A stretch of DNA of 64,000 bases, taken from assembly GCF_009914755.1 (NCBI RefSeq), contig NC_060936.1. One strand, written 5' to 3'. This document shows, piece after piece, positions 1 to 17,333 of this stretch (its first letter is position 1; the number at the start of each line of letters is the position of its first letter). This stretch comes from the human T2T-CHM13v2.0 reference genome, Homo sapiens. Under the pieces are notes generated by a model. The model saw nothing but the letters and a program-made list of their open reading frames with translations, ran no database searches and was not told the DNA's origin. A program made the translations under genes and the position numbers.

Positions 1-978
1 GGTAGAGCCAGGATTTGAATTCAAGTAGGTCTAACTTGGAAGCTAGTGCTCAAGTGTGTCTGATTTGGAAGCTACCACTTCATTAGGTGGTGCTTGTACA
101 AACAGCCTTAAATACAGCACTCAGGTGTAATAACCATGGTTCAGTCAGATGTTGAATGCATTTTTCTAAATATTTCTCTGATTGAAACCAATCTCTCCAT
201 CTCAATTCCTTCAAAGCTTGCCTTAAATACTAGATCCTAAAGAAGTCCCTCCTAGTCCTTTAAGGAACGAATTAATCTCTCTCCTTTGCTTGTGCACATT
301 CTGTTCTCTATATGTAAGCTTTTTTGAGAATGGAACCAGGCTGATTTCCTATGCACTCCTGGTGCTTCTCATACAGAAGTAAAAGGACCATATCATACTT
401 AAAGAAACAGGCCTCCAACAGCTGTTTGTAATGCTGAATTCAAATCATGTTCTAAAGAGGCAAGAATAAATAAGCATTAATTTCTACTCTGCTCAAAAAA
501 TAGTTTTTATAACTTCCTATACCATATGGCTTGATAGTATTTTGTAATCCCTAGTCTTTCTTCTAAACAGACCTGTGCTGCAGACTAATTTTATTAGTGG
601 TTAGATACCTCAGTTTTCAGGTACTGGTAAATATCTGATTTAATTTATATCATCATGAGATCTCAAATAAATAAAATATCTCCCTCAGCCTTATTTCCCC
701 ATCTTCAAATAGATTGATCAACTTCTAAACAGTCAGGAAGACGTTATAAACTCATGTGAGGCCAAATAACAGAAACTTCTCAAGTATCCTAAGGAGGGAA
801 TTTAAGTTGTTTTAAGAGTTTTTAAAAATCAATGTATAAAAGGCTAAATAAATACTATTCTAAGTTAATAAATGAGCCAGGTACAGTAAATCCCCCAAAC
901 TGGATCTAATTCCCCAACATGTTCTCCTCAAATGAAATAAATCTTTACATAAGAATCACAACAAAATAATAAAATGTC

Positions 979-1281
979 GGCCAGGCGCAGTGGCTCATGC
1001 CTGTAATCCCAGCACTCTGGGAGGCTGAAGCGGGTGGATCACCTGAGGTCAGCAGATCGTGACCAGCCTGGCCAACATGGTGAAACCCCATCTCTACTAA
1101 AAAATACAAAAAATTAGCCGAACATGGTGGCACACGCCTGTAATCCCAGCTACTCTGGAGGCTGAGGCAGGAGAATCGCTTGAACCTGGGAGGCGGTGGT
1201 TGCAAGTGAGCCGAGACTGCGCCACTGCACTCCAGCCTAGGTGATAGAGCGAGACTCCATCTCAAAAAAAAAAAAAAAAAA
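979..1281 (+). mobile_element. Alu (AluS-type), full length
   Basis: GGCCAGGCGCAGTGGCTC start, A-tail, TSD-like aataaa(a/g)tgtc. Confidence 0.95.
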
Positions 1282-1752
1282 GAATAAAGTGTCTTGACCA
1301 TTCAATTCCCCCCTCCACCCACCAAAACAGTAAAAGGATGATGATTTCAACCATAGTGGGAGTGTTTCTCAAGTAACTAGATACAAAGAGCTTGTCAAGT
1401 ACACTGTACTTTCACCTCAATTGCAGATCTCAGAAGGAAAAACACAGGAAGAATAAATAGATTTAATTGTGGGTGACTTTGGGAATTTTATGAGCTATAG
1501 GAACTCAGATATTTGGAAATCCATTACAAAATTAAGAACACAAACTGAGTGTAAACAATTACAAATGCTTTAGAGGATCAGAATGTATGAGAAAATGTGG
1601 GATTCTCACTGCCCACCAAGTACTTAATAGCACTGGCCATTAAGGACATGACTTCTGGGCAAAAATAAAATTCATGTATAGGAGGTGGGCTTCAAGATGG
1701 CCAACTAGAAGCATTTCATGCTAGCCTCCTCCAGTTACAAGAACCAAAATAC

Positions 1753-2059
<307 letters not shown>

Positions 2060-3185
2060 TCACGCTTCAAACTATCCAAAAGAGAATACTAGAATTTAAC
2101 AGAAAAGTGTCATGAGATAATAAAAGCACAAAAGGAGAAGGAACAAAGGCAGTCTGTTTGGCTGGGAGCCATGGGCGACTTCCCAGTGTGGGGAGAGGTG
2201 AGAGACATTTAGGAGTACACATCTCTACCATGGAATTATGCATTCCTGACCACAGTAGAGCCAAGAGACCATGGGACAGAACTGCTGTCTCACATACCTT
2301 CTGAGCCCTAAGTGGCTACAGCAAGGCATCATTTTCAAACCTGGGCTTTGGCAGACTGCACTGTGTGCTGGATCCAAGCAGCACCGGTACTGATGAAATA
2401 GGGAAACTGAGACTGTCATTGCTGGAACTGGGGCACAAACTTGGGAGCACTCCTGTTGGTAGGGCTAAGCAGCCAGTGAGATATGAGCTGCAGCTGCCAG
2501 TCCTGTGCCCTTCTAGGACTGGGCCATGAGTTGGATGCAGTCTCTACCTGCCAACCCAGGCTGTGGCCACTGGGGCCAGCTTCGCCCTCTCCAGTGGCAG
2601 GGTGTCAGGGCAGCTGCTACCACTAATCATGTAAGCATTCTGCCTGGGACCTGAGATCACCTGGTTCCAGTCCACCAAGGCTGGTGCCGACTCTCACCAT
2701 TGGGGGACTTCAGCAAAAGCCCACCTAGCCTGATTTCACCTCTACACTCCTAACGAGAGACAGGAAACTGCTCAGGACCCAGAAGATTGTTCTGCCACCG
2801 CTACTGCCATTGTCCACACAATGCTGAATGCTCAGGGGCCTGAAAATCTGCCCACCTGCCTAGTCCACCGCTGCCACTACTGGAATACAAACAAGCCATC
2901 TGGTAGACCAAGAATCAGCCCACTGGTAACTGCCAACGCAAGTGACAGCGTACGACACCCTGGGACACAAAGATAGCCATAGTCAACCTACTGCTGCTAC
3001 CACTAAGGCCTGAAAACTGGCTTACTTGACATCCCAGTCCCCAGCACACAGCTTCACCACAGCCTTCACTAATAACAGTAAACTAACCCACAGAGGAAAT
3101 CACAGATACTACTAATGCTGTTTATAGCTGAAGAAATAACACAGAGAGTACACTACTGCATACATCAAAAATCAAAGCCAAACTA

Positions 3186-4260
<1,075 letters not shown>

Positions 4261-4687
4261 AGCAATACCTCTTAATCAAAAAAATTTTCTTTCTGACTCC
4301 AGAAATAGAAAAAAAAACATTCAAAATCCCAGATAAAAGATTCAAAATATTGATTTTAGAGCTCAGTGAGAAACAAGACAATTCTGAAAAATAATACCAA
4401 AATAAACCAGAAAAACAATTCAGGATATAAATGAGAAATTTACCAAAGTGATAGAAATTTTTAAAAAGAACTATACAGAAATTCTGGAATTGAAGAATTT
4501 ACTGAAGAAAATATAAGACATATTAGAAAGCTTCAACCATAAACTAGGTCAAGCAGAAGAAAGGATCTCAGAACTTGAAAACAAATCTTTTAAAATAATC
4601 CAGTTGGGGAAAAAAAAGAAAAAATAATAAAAAGTAATGAGCAAAGCCTAGGTGACACTTGGGACCACATAAAGAAATCAAATTTAG

Positions 4688-5260
4688 GGCCAGGTGTGGT
4701 GGCTCACACCTGTAATCCCAGCACTTTGGGATGCCGAGGCGGTCAGATCACCTGAGGTCAGGAGTTTGAGACCAGCCTGACCAACATATAGAAACCCTGT
4801 CTCTACTAAAAATATAAAATTAGCCGGGCATTGTGGTGCATGCCTGTAATCCCAGCTACTCGGGAGGCTAAGGCAGGAGAATCACTTGAACCCAAGAGGT
4901 AGGGGCTGCAGTGAGCCAAGATCACCTGGGCAACAAGAGTAAAATGCCGTGTTAAAAAAAAAAGAAAGAAAGAAAATTTAGGTTGGGAGAGGTGGCTTAC
5001 ACCTGTAATCCCAGCACTCTGGAAGGCCGAGGTGGGGGGATCACTTGAGGTCAGGATTCGAGACCAGCCTAGGCAACATGGTAAAACCCAATGTCCACCA
5101 AAAAATACAAAAATTACCCAGGTGTGATGGTGCATGCCTGTAGTCCCCAGCTACTCAGGAGGTTGAGGCAGAAGAATAGCTTGAACCTGGGAGGTGGAGG
5201 TTGCAGTAAGCCAAGATTGTGCCACTGCACTGCAGCCTGGGCAAGAGTGGACTGCATCTC

Positions 5261-5296
<36 letters not shown>

Positions 5297-5307
5297 GAAA
5301 GAAAGAA
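4688..5307 (+). mobile_element. Two tandem Alus (~4688-4975, 4981-5307) with (AAAAG/AAAG)n tail
   Basis: Alu sequence. Confidence 0.92.
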
Positions 5308-5795
5308 ATCAAATTTCAAGATAATAGATGAAAATTGCTTAAGTCAAGGAAGAGATTTAGATATTCAGATACAGAAGCCTCAGGAATATCCAGGTAGATA
5401 CAATGCAAAAAGTTCTTCTTCCATGTCACATTGTACTCAGATTGTCTAAAGTCAAAGATAAAGAAAAATCCTAAAAACAGCATAAGAAAAGCATCCAGTC
5501 ACCTCTAAAGAAAACCCCATCAAACTTACAGCAGATTCCTCTGCAGAAACCTTATACATAAGAAGAGAATGAGATAATATATTCAAAGTGCTGAAAAGAC
5601 AAAACTGTCTGCCAAGGATACTATATGTAGGAAAATTATCCTTCACAAATGAAGGAGAAATGAAGTATTTTCTGGACAAGCAAATGCTGAGAGAATTTAT
5701 GTATTACCACTAGACTACAAGAAATGCTCAAAGGAATCCCAAACTTAGAAGTGAACGGATGCCACTTACCATTGTGAAAATATGCAAAAGTACAG

Positions 5796-6089
5796 GCCGG
5801 GCGCAGTGGCTCGTGCCTGTAATCCCAGCACTTTGGGAGGCCAAGATGGGTGGATCATGAGGTCAGGAGTTCAAGACCAGCCGGGTCAAGGTGGTGAAAC
5901 CCCATCTCTACTAAAAATACCAAAAATTAGCCGGGCGCGGTGGCAGGCACCTGTAATCCCAGCACTTCAGGAGGCTGAGGCAGGATAATCACTTGAACTC
6001 AGAGGGAGGAGGTTTCAGTGAGCCAAGATCGCGCCACTGCACTCCAGCCTGGGTGACAGAGTGAGACTCCCTCTCGAAAAAAAAAAAAA

Positions 6090-6090
<1 letters not shown>
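5796..6090 (+). mobile_element. Alu
   Basis: Dimeric Alu with A-tail. Confidence 0.94.

Positions 6091-6135
<45 letters not shown>
6091..6135. repeat. (TA)6(CA)~16 microsatellite at Alu tail
   Basis: Direct reading. Confidence 0.95.
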
Positions 6136-6137
<2 letters not shown>

Positions 6138-6409
6138 ACGAAACTCACTGGTAAAGCAGTCACACAAAAGAGAAAGAGAAAGGACTCAAATGGCCCCATT
6201 TGAAAAATCTACCAAACTACAATGACAAACAATAAGAGAAAAAGGAAAAATAATATATAAAATCACCAGAAAACAATGAACAATTATGACAGGAACATAA
6301 TAACCCTGAAGGTAAATGGATTAAATTCTCCACTTAAAAGATATAGAGTAGCTGAATGAATGCAAAAGCATGATCCAACTTTATGCTGCTTACAAGAAAC
6401 TCATGTTAG

Positions 6410-7735
6410 CGAGAGGTGACAGCGTGCTGGCAGCCCTCGCAGCCCTCGCTTGCTCTCGGCGCCTCCTCAGCCTTGGCGCCCACTCTGGCCATGCTTGAGG
6501 AGCCCTTCAGCCTGCCGCTGCACTGTGGGAGCCCCTTTCTGGGCCAGCCAAGTCCGGAGCCAGCTCCCTCAGCTTGCAGGGAGGTGTGGAGGGAGAGGCG
6601 CGGGCAGGAACCGGGGCTGTGTGCAGTGCTTGCGAGCCAGCGCGAGTTCCGGGTGGGCATGGGCTTGGTGGGCCCCGCACTCAGAGTGGCCGGCCGGCCC
6701 CAGGCAGTGACGGGATTACCACCTGGGCCAGCAGCTGCTGTGCTCGATTTCTCGCCGGACCTTAAGCTGCCTCCCCATGGGGCAGGACTCGGGACCTGCA
6801 GCCCGCCATGCCTGAGTCTCCCCCTGCCACCCGCCGTGGGCTCCTGCGCAGCCTCAGTCTCCCCAATGAGTGCCACCCCCTGCTCCACGGTGCCCAGTCC
6901 CATCAACCGCCCAAGGGCTGAGGAGTGCGGGCGCACAGCACGGGACTGGCAGGCAGCTCCACCTGTGGCCCCAGTGCGAGATCCATTGGGTAAAGCCAGC
7001 TAGGCTCCTGAGTCTAGTGGGGACTTGGAGAATCTTTGTCTAGCTAAGGGATTGTGAATGCACCAATCGGCACTCTGTATCTAGCTCAGGGTTTGTAAAT
7101 ACACCAATCAACACTCTGTATCTAGCTAATCTAGTGGGGACGTGGAGAACTTTTGTGTCTCTCTCAGGGATTGTAAACATACCAATCAGCACCCTGTCAA
7201 AACAGACCAATCAGCTCTCTGTAAAACAAACCAATCGGCTCTCTGTAAAATGGACCAATCAGCAGGATTTGGGTGGGGCCAGATAAGATAATAAAGGTAG
7301 GCTGGCCAAGCCAGCAGTGGCAACCCGCTCCGGTCCCCTTCCACACTGTGGAAGCTTTGTTTTTTTGCTCTTTTCAATAAATCTTGCTGCTGCTCACTCT
7401 TTGGGTCCACACTGCCTTTATGAGCTGTAACACTCACCGCGAAGGTCTGCAGCTTCACTCCTGAAGCCAGTGAGACCACGAACCTGCCGGGAGGAACGAA
7501 CAACTCTAGCCATGCCGCCTTAAGAGCTGTAACACTCACCGTGAAGGTCTGCAGCTTCACTCCTGAGCCAGCGAGACCACGAACCCACCAGAAGAAAGAA
7601 ACTGCAAACACATCCGAACATCAGAAGGAACGAAATCCGGACACACCACCTTTAAGAACTGTGACGCTCACCGCGAGGGTCCGCAGCTTCATTCTTGAAG
7701 TCAGTGAGACGAAGAACCCACCAATTCCGGACACA
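6410..7735 (+). mobile_element. LTR12-family (ERV9/HERV9) solo LTR, C/D/E-like
   Basis: Starts (C)GAGAGGTGACAGCGTGCTGG, ends CCAATTCCGGACACA; 4-bp TSD TTAG (6406-6409, 7736-7739); GC/CpG-rich U3. Confidence 0.95.
7063..7295 (+). promoter_or_regulatory. LTR12 enhancer/promoter: six CCAAT (NF-Y) boxes, GC/CACCC box, GATA, AATAAA TATA-like box
   Basis: CCAAT at 7063, 7104, 7182, 7207, 7231, 7255; GGGTGGGG 7271; AGATAA 7281; AATAAA 7290. Confidence 0.75.
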
Positions 7736-8218
7736 TTAGCACTAAAGAAACAGTTTGAAAGTGATGGAAAAAGATATTCTACATAAACAGAATTCAAAAG
7801 CAAGCAAGAATAACTATACTTGTATCAGATAAAACGACTTTAAGTCAAAAACAGTAAATAAAGACAAAGGTCTTTGTGTAAGGATAAAAGGATAAGTCTA
7901 GCAAGAGGTTATAACAATTTTAAATATATATGCATCTAACTCAAGGAGCACCCAGATTCATAAAGCAAATATTACTAGATCTAAACAGAGAGAAAGACTG
8001 TAACACAATTGTGGGGGACTTCGAGATTTAAGTCCCAGCATTAGAGAGATGACCTAGAGAGAAATTCAACAAAGAAACGTGGATTTAAATTGGACATTAG
8101 ACCAAATGTACCTAACAGACATTTACAGAACATTCCCCAAACTGCAAAATATACATTCTTTTCATATATATGAGACATTCTCCAGGACAGACCATATGTT
8201 AGGCCACAAAACAAGTCT

Positions 8219-8220
<2 letters not shown>

Positions 8221-8251
<31 letters not shown>

Positions 8252-8405
8252 TAGAGATGGTGTTTCGCTCTGTTGCCCAGGCTGGAGAGCAACAGCTCGA
8301 TTTGAGCTCACTGCAACCTCCACCTCCCAGGTTCAAGTGATTCTCCTGCCTCAGCCTCTCAAGTAGCTGGGATTACAGATGCCCACAACCACACCTGGCT
8401 AATCA

Positions 8406-8447
<42 letters not shown>

Positions 8448-8893
8448 ATATGTTTTTGGGTTTTTTTTTTTTTTTTTTTGAGATGGAGTCTCACTCTGTC
8501 ACCCAGGCTGAGTGCAGTGGCACTATCTCGGCTCACTGCAAGCTCCGCCTCCTGGGTTCACACCATTCTCCTGCCTCAGCCTCCCGAGTAGCTGGGACTA
8601 CAGGTGCCTGCCACCACGCCCGGCAAATTTTTTGTATTTTTAGTAGAGACAGGGTTTCACCACGTTAGCCAGGATGGTCTCAATCTCCTGACCTCGTGAT
8701 CTGCCCACCTCGGCCTCCCAAAGTGCTGGGATTACAGGTGTAAGCCACCACGTCCGGCCTAATTTTTATATTTTTAGTAGAGATGGGGTTTCACTATGTT
8801 GGCCAGGCTGGTGTCAAATTCCTGACCTCAGGTGATCCACCCACCTTGGCTTTCCAAAGTGCTGAGATTACAGACATGAGTCACTGTGCCCGG
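8221..8893 (-). mobile_element. Alu with (ATTG)n tail, interrupted in its middle linker by (TCTA)n and a younger AluY-like copy (~8461-8759)
   Basis: Right arm 8253-8403, nested Alu, left arm 8760-8893. Confidence 0.9.
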
Positions 8894-10277
8894 CTCAACA
8901 AATTTTTAAAAATCAAAATCATACCAAGTATCTTTTCAGACAATAGAATAAAACTAAAAGTCAGTAACAAAAGTAACTCTGGAAACTATACAAATACATG
9001 GAAATTAAACAGCATGCTCCTGAATGACAACTGAGTCAATGAAGAGATTAAAACAGAAATTTCTTTTAACGCCTTGAAACAAATAAGAATGGAAATGCAA
9101 TTTATCAAAACCTGTGAGATATGTAAAAGCAGTGCTAAAAGGGAAGTTTGTGGTAATAAATAACTACATCAAAACAGCAGAAAGATTACAAATGAACAAT
9201 CTAACAATGCACCACAAGGAGCTAGAAAAGCAAGCACAAACCAAACTCAAAATTAACACAAGAAAAGAAATAATAAAGATTACAGCAGAAATAAATGAAG
9301 TAGAGAATAAAAAGCACAAAAGATAATGAAAAGTTGGTTTTCCTTAAACATTATAAACCTCTAGCTAGAATAACTAAGATAGAAGAAACAAATATACGAA
9401 ATCAGAAATAAAAAAGGAAACACTACAAGTGATACTGCAGAAACAGAAGAGATCATCAGAGACTATGAATAAATATATGCCGACAAACTGAAAAACCTAG
9501 AGAAAATGGATAAATTCCTGAAAACACACAGCCTATCAAGATAGAATCAGGAATAGAAAACCTGAACAGACCAAGAATGAGTAATGAGATTTTATCAATA
9601 AAAAGTCTCCCAAAAAAGAAAAGCCCAAGACTGCATGAATTCATAGCTGAATTATACCAAATGTACAAATGAGAACTAATACAAGTCCTCTTGATATTAT
9701 TTCAAAAACTGAAGAGAAGGGAATTCTAACTCATTCTATGAGGCCAGCATCCCTCTGATTCGAAATCAGACAAAGATGTAACAATAAAAAGGAAAACTAC
9801 AGGCCAATATCCCTGATATTGATATAGAGATGCAACGATTATCAATGAAGTACTACCTAATCATATTCAACAGCACATCAAAAAAATACATGATTACCAA
9901 GTAGGATTTATCTCAGGGATGCAAGCAAAGATGGTTCAATATACACAAATCCATAAACATGATACATCACATCAACAGTATGAAGAACAAAAACCACATG
10001 ACCTTCACAATGATTTCAGAAAAAGCATTTGGTAAAATTCAACATGCCTCAACTGCCTCAACATAAGAAAGACCAGACACGACAAACCCATACCTAACAT
10101 GGTGTTGAATGGGGAAAACCTAATTAGAACAAGTCACTACTCCTATTCAACACAGCACTGGAAGTGCTAGCCAGAGCAATCATGCAAGGGAAATAATAAA
10201 AGGCATCCAAATTGGAAGAGGGAAAGTCAAATGATTCCTCTTTGCTGATAATACAATCTTGTATCTAAAACAAACTA

Positions 10278-10931
<654 letters not shown>

Positions 10932-11471
10932 TCAAGGACTGAAGAGTATCATTAAAATGACCATATTGCCCAAAGCAATCTACAGATTCAATACAATCTG
11001 TATCAAAATAGCAATGTCATTTTTCACAGAATTAGAAAACACAATCCTAAAATTCATATGGAACCAAAAAAGAGCCTGAATAGCCAAAGCAATCCTGAGC
11101 AAAAAGAACAAAGCTGGAGGTATCACATTACTTGACTTTAAAATACACTACAAGGGTACAGTCACCAAAACAACATGGTATCGGTATACAAACAGACACA
11201 TAGACCAATGGAACGGAAGTGAGAACCCACAAATGGGATAAAGCTAAATGTTTACAGTCAACTGACAAAGCTAACAAGAACTTACAATGGGGAAAGGACA
11301 TTTCTTCAATAAATGGTGCTAGGAAGATTGAATAACCAGATGCAGAAGAATAAACTAGGACCCCTATCTCTCGCCGCATACAAAACCAACTCAAGATGGA
11401 TTAATGACTTAAATGCAAGACCCGGAACTATAAAACTACTATAAGAAAACATAAGGAAAACACTTCAGGAC

Positions 11472-11810
11472 TGTATTAATCCTTTCTCACGCTGCTATAA
11501 AGATACCGAGACTGAGTAATTTATAAAGGAAAGAGGTTTAATTGGCTCAAAGTTCCGGAGGCCTCAGGAAACTTACAATCAAGGTGAAAGGCGAAGGGGA
11601 AGCAAGACACATCTTACATGGTGGCAGGAGGGCAGGGAGCGCCAGATACTTACCAAACAACCAGATCTCCTGAGAACTCACTACCGTGAGAACAACAAGA
11701 GGAGAATCTGCCCCTATGATCCAATCACCTCCCACCAGGTCCTCCCTCAACATGTGGGGATTACAATTTGATATGAGATTTGGGTAAGGCCACAGACCCA
11801 AATCATGTCA
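11472..11810 (-). mobile_element. MaLR solo LTR (MSTA/THE1-like)
   Basis: TG...CA ends, 5-bp TSD AGGA(C/T), typical THE1/MST motifs. Confidence 0.88.
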
Positions 11811-13909
11811 AGGATATTGATCTAAATAAAGATTTTAGAGCTAAGACCTCAAAAGCACAAACAACAAAACAAAAATAGACAAATAGGACTATAAACTATA
11901 AAGCTTCTGCACAACAAAGGAAACAATCAACTAAGTGAAGAGATAACATGTTGAATGGAGAAAATATTTGAAAACTATTCATCTGACAAGGGACTAATAT
12001 CCAGAATATATGAGGAACTCAAATAACAGTAATAAATAATAATAATCCCATAAAAAATTGGGCAAAGGACATGACTAGACATTTCTCAAATGAAGTTATA
12101 CAAATAGCCAATAGGTATATAAAAAAATGCTGAACATCACTAATCATCAGGGAAATGCAAAACAAGACCAAAATGAGGTATCATCTTACCCCAGTCAGAA
12201 TGGTTATTATTAAAAAGACAAAATATCTGATGCTAGCAAGGATGCAGAGAAAAGGGAACTCTTATACACTGTTGGTGGAAATATAAACTAACACAGCCAT
12301 TATGGAAAACAAGTATGAAGAATTCTCAAAATACTAAGAGTAGAATTACCATTTCATCCAGCAACCCCACTGCTAGGTATCTACTAAAGGAAAAGAAATC
12401 AATATATCAAAGCAATAGTTGCACTCACATGTTTTTTGTAGCACTATTCACAATAGCAAAGATATAGAATCCACCTAAGAGTCCATCAATGAATAGATGG
12501 ATAAAGAAAATGTGGCATATATACACAATGGAATATTATTCAACCATAAAAAAGAATAAAATCATGTTATTTGCAGGAACATGGATGAAACTGGAGGTCA
12601 TTATGTTAAGTGAAATAAACCAGGCACAAAGAAAGAAAAAGTGCACACTTTCACTTATATGTGGAAGCTACAAAATTTGATCACATGCAGATAGAGAATG
12701 GAAAGATACTAGAGACTGGGAAGGGTGAGGGGGAGGAAAGAGATTAAAGAGAAGTGGCTTAAAGAATACAAAAATAAAGTTAGACAAAATGAATAAATTC
12801 AATGTTTGATAGCTGAGTAAACTGACTGTAGTTAAGACAAAAGTATTGTACTTAGGTGATGGACACTCTAAATAACCTGACTTGATCACTATGTATTATA
12901 AACACATAACAAAATTTCAAATGCACTCCATGTATTTGTGCAAATAAAGTAATAAAATTCATTTAACAAAAATTAATGGAAACATAAATTTGTGCCCCAA
13001 ATCCCCATTCTCAATTTCTAAAGATTAAGGGAATAAATCTGTCTTTTCCAAACATTAGACCTATCAGCATAATTTTTTCATCACAAATTATTACCCATGA
13101 CATGTATTGACACCATCTCTGTCAAAAAACAAGTGGAGTTCAATTCTCATCTTTTGGAAAGGATCAAAGAACATTCTAACAACCAGTCCTCAATTCTGTG
13201 TCAACACTCTTTCATTGGGTAACTAAAAATTAAAATGGTGTTGGCTAGGATTTTTTTGTTCACTACTATGTTCCTAGTACCTAGAACAGAGCAAAAAGTA
13301 GGCACACAATAAGTATTTGTGAACCAATACAAAAGACAAAATGCAAGAATTTTAGGCTTCAGTTGCTTTCCACATTCTGGAAGAAAACAGTGGACCCTTC
13401 CTTTTGGATGGAGGTACTCAGGGAGCAGAGGAAGGGTTTTGCCAGAATTATGAAGTGGTGTCCCAGGTGATGGCTGCCAGTAACTGGGCTTTATTCCAAG
13501 CACTGCAGAGGGTCCTGGTGGTTCCATCAGTCAAAAGGGCAACTTCACAGCCTGTTTTGAGCCATCAACCAACACTTTCCTCATCAGGACTGCCTCACAA
13601 CCAGCTGTGAAAACTTACCAATGACTGGCACCTCCACACAGACCTTCACTCAGATGTGGCTAGAGATGAAGTATCTAATCAGGAGCACAATTTGGGCATC
13701 ACTTTTTAAATTATGTATTTAATTTACATAGTTCTGATGTCCTTTCACACCTAATGAATATCTATAAATTTTTACATAGTTATGTGGCTACTACCTAATT
13801 TGAACACAACTACTAAAAAAAGTCTTGCTTTTTATAGTCAATCTCCTGAAGTTCCTAACATACATGTATAGATTTGAATTTTCAAAAAAAAAAAAAATCA
13901 ACATAGAGT

Positions 13910-14960
<1,051 letters not shown>

Positions 14961-15915
14961 TCCATAAATGCCCTCTTGTTTTTTATACCATCTAATAATT
15001 TAGATGGTTATCAGGCTTTAATTACCTGCAAAAGAAGGTAACCTGGAGGTCCTGAAAACAAAATGTACAAGACGAGATTGGAACGTCTTATGCCAGAAAA
15101 CAAGGAAGTTATTGATAACCAAAATGATACAGGAACCAACTTGAAGGGGCTTCCACTGGCCAAAGATGAGACGATTTGGACATAAAAAAATAATTACTGC
15201 AATGGAGTAAAGCTCATGAAATAAATAAACTCATTACTTACCTCTGGAGGTTACTAAGCTATAGCCCATTATTATAAAATTAGTAAAGAATCAGTATGAT
15301 TTTATCTTTCTTGTATTTTAGGGAAACCAAGCAGTTGATGAGAAAAGTTTCTCTAAAGAACTCCAACTACTCATGTAAATTAATCACAGAATTAGAAAAC
15401 TATCACTTTGAAATACCTAAAGATATAATGGATGTGGGCAATAATCATTAATGTTTGATAAAATTATTACACAAAAGGTTGATGGGGAGCTTTCAAATAG
15501 AGCAATAAAGATAGCATCTGAATCTACTTATCAATATTAACATCATTAAAAGTGAGACAACCAGACATTATGCATCCTCTGATGTGAATCAGTCGGAAGC
15601 ACTCACCACCTATTGAATCTAATAAAGGTGTCACATCTAACAATTACCAAAAAATAGAGGTTGATAGAGGGATACATTAATACCATAGATACAGTGAAAT
15701 CCAGAATGTGGGAAATTCTGTAGAGCAAATGATCTAATTTCTTCAATTTGAAAAATGGTCTAAGAATGGGGAAGAAGGGATAATTTATAGGTTAAAAGAC
15801 TCAAGAGACACACTAATAAAATGCAATAGTTGACTCTCATTTGGATCCTTAACCAACACTGAAAGGACAATTTTAGAGGCATCTGGAGGAAATCTGAACA
15901 CAAAGTATTAGATGA

Positions 15916-16747
15916 TGTGACAGTCATAAAAAAAATGGACCTCTCAGATCTCCAGCTTCAGGGTGGGTAATTGACGGGCAGTTCCAGTCACTGTGGTCTG
16001 AATCCACCATGGTATTCAGCTGAGGGCACACTTCCTACTGGCTGCTCCGTGCCAACAAATGAGCATTGCAGGATTACAATGGCAGGCCCATTACTACAAG
16101 ATGTGAGACTGCTCAGGAGCGGGAACATTTGGTTTGAGGACTCCCAAACAGCCTCGTTAAAACTTTTTTAGAATTACTGATGTAGTTTGACCTCCTCCAA
16201 ATCTCATGTTGAAATTTTATTCCCAATGTTGGAGACAGGGCCTAGTGGCAGGTGTCTCGGTCATGGTTGCAGATGCTTCATAAACAGCTTGGTGCCATGC
16301 TCAAGGTAATGAGTTCTCACTCTAGTTCATGAGAGCTGGTTGTTTAAAAGGGCATTAAGGCCTGCTTTTCCCACTCTCTTCCATCCTCTCTTGCCATGTG
16401 ACACATTGGCTCCCCTTCCTCTTCTACTGTGAGTGGAAGCGGCCTGAAGCCCTCACCTGAAGCAGATGTTAGCACCATACTTCTTGTACAACCTGCAGAC
16501 CATGAGCCAAATGAACTTCTTTCTCAATTACCTCAGGTATTCCTTTATAGCAATACAAATGGACTAAAACAACTATGGATTAAGACTTCCTGTCCAACTA
16601 TCCTCCTCTCCCCTTCACCAGGCAGACCTGTATCAAGTTCTGACACTTTTCTCAACCTCCTCTAGCTCCCTCTCCAATTTTCTTCACAAGTGTTTTCCCC
16701 CAATAAATCTCATGCATGCCTGCTTCTTAGGGAACCCAAAGTAAACA
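15916..16747 (+). mobile_element. Old ERVL LTR (LTR16-like) within L1M remnants
   Basis: TGTGACAG...CTCAGATCTCC start and CAATAAATCTC...GAACCCAAAGTAAACA end resemble LTR16. Confidence 0.55.
16178..16571 (+). mobile_element. MaLR solo LTR (MSTB-like) nested in the older LTR
   Basis: TGATGTAGTTTG...CCAAATCTCATGTTG...TTTATAGCAATACAAATGGACTAAAACA. Confidence 0.85.
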
Positions 16748-16995
16748 GATGATATTAAATAATTAATATTAATTTTGTTAGGTATAACATTGTGGTTATT
16801 CTTTTAAATTCTTACTATTAGAGATATATACTGAAGTATCTGCAGGTGAAAGGATAATTGGAGTTTAACTTTAAAACACCCCAACAAAAAAGAAAAAGGA
16901 AGCAGGACAGATAACAAAAAATTAGCAGGATATTGCTAGCGATTTTCTGTACTTTTCTGTGTATCTGAAATATCCATAGTAAAGTGAAAAATACC

Positions 16996-17333
16996 TGCCC
17001 AGAACTAAAAACTGTCAAGGGCATCAAAAACAAGGAAAATCTAAGAAACTGTCACAGCCAAGAGAATTTTATGGAGACACAGGTACTAAATATAATGTAG
17101 TATCCTGGACTGGACACTGGAAAAGAGAAAGGACATTAGGGGAAAATTTAGGAAATCTGAATCAAGTATGGACTTTAATAATCGTGCATAAATATTGGAC
17201 GATTAACTGTGATAAATGCACAGTATTAATGTAAGATGTTAGTAGGAGAAACTTGGTGTGGTGGCATATGAGAACCCTCTGTACTATCTTCACAATAACT
17301 TTATAAATCTAAAACTGTTCTCAAGTTTGTAAA
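16996..17333 (+). mobile_element. L1MC-type 3' end fragment
   Basis: GAAACTGTCACAGCCAAGAG...GTACTATCTTCACAA...TAAATCTAAAACTGTTCT. Confidence 0.65.

Noticed and set aside
6410-7000. CpG island of an unannotated gene
   Set aside because: CpG richness is explained by the LTR12 U3 region
6406-7803. Overlapping ORFs of up to 195 aa on both strands
   Set aside because: Almost entirely within the GC-rich, stop-poor LTR12; no recognisable domain
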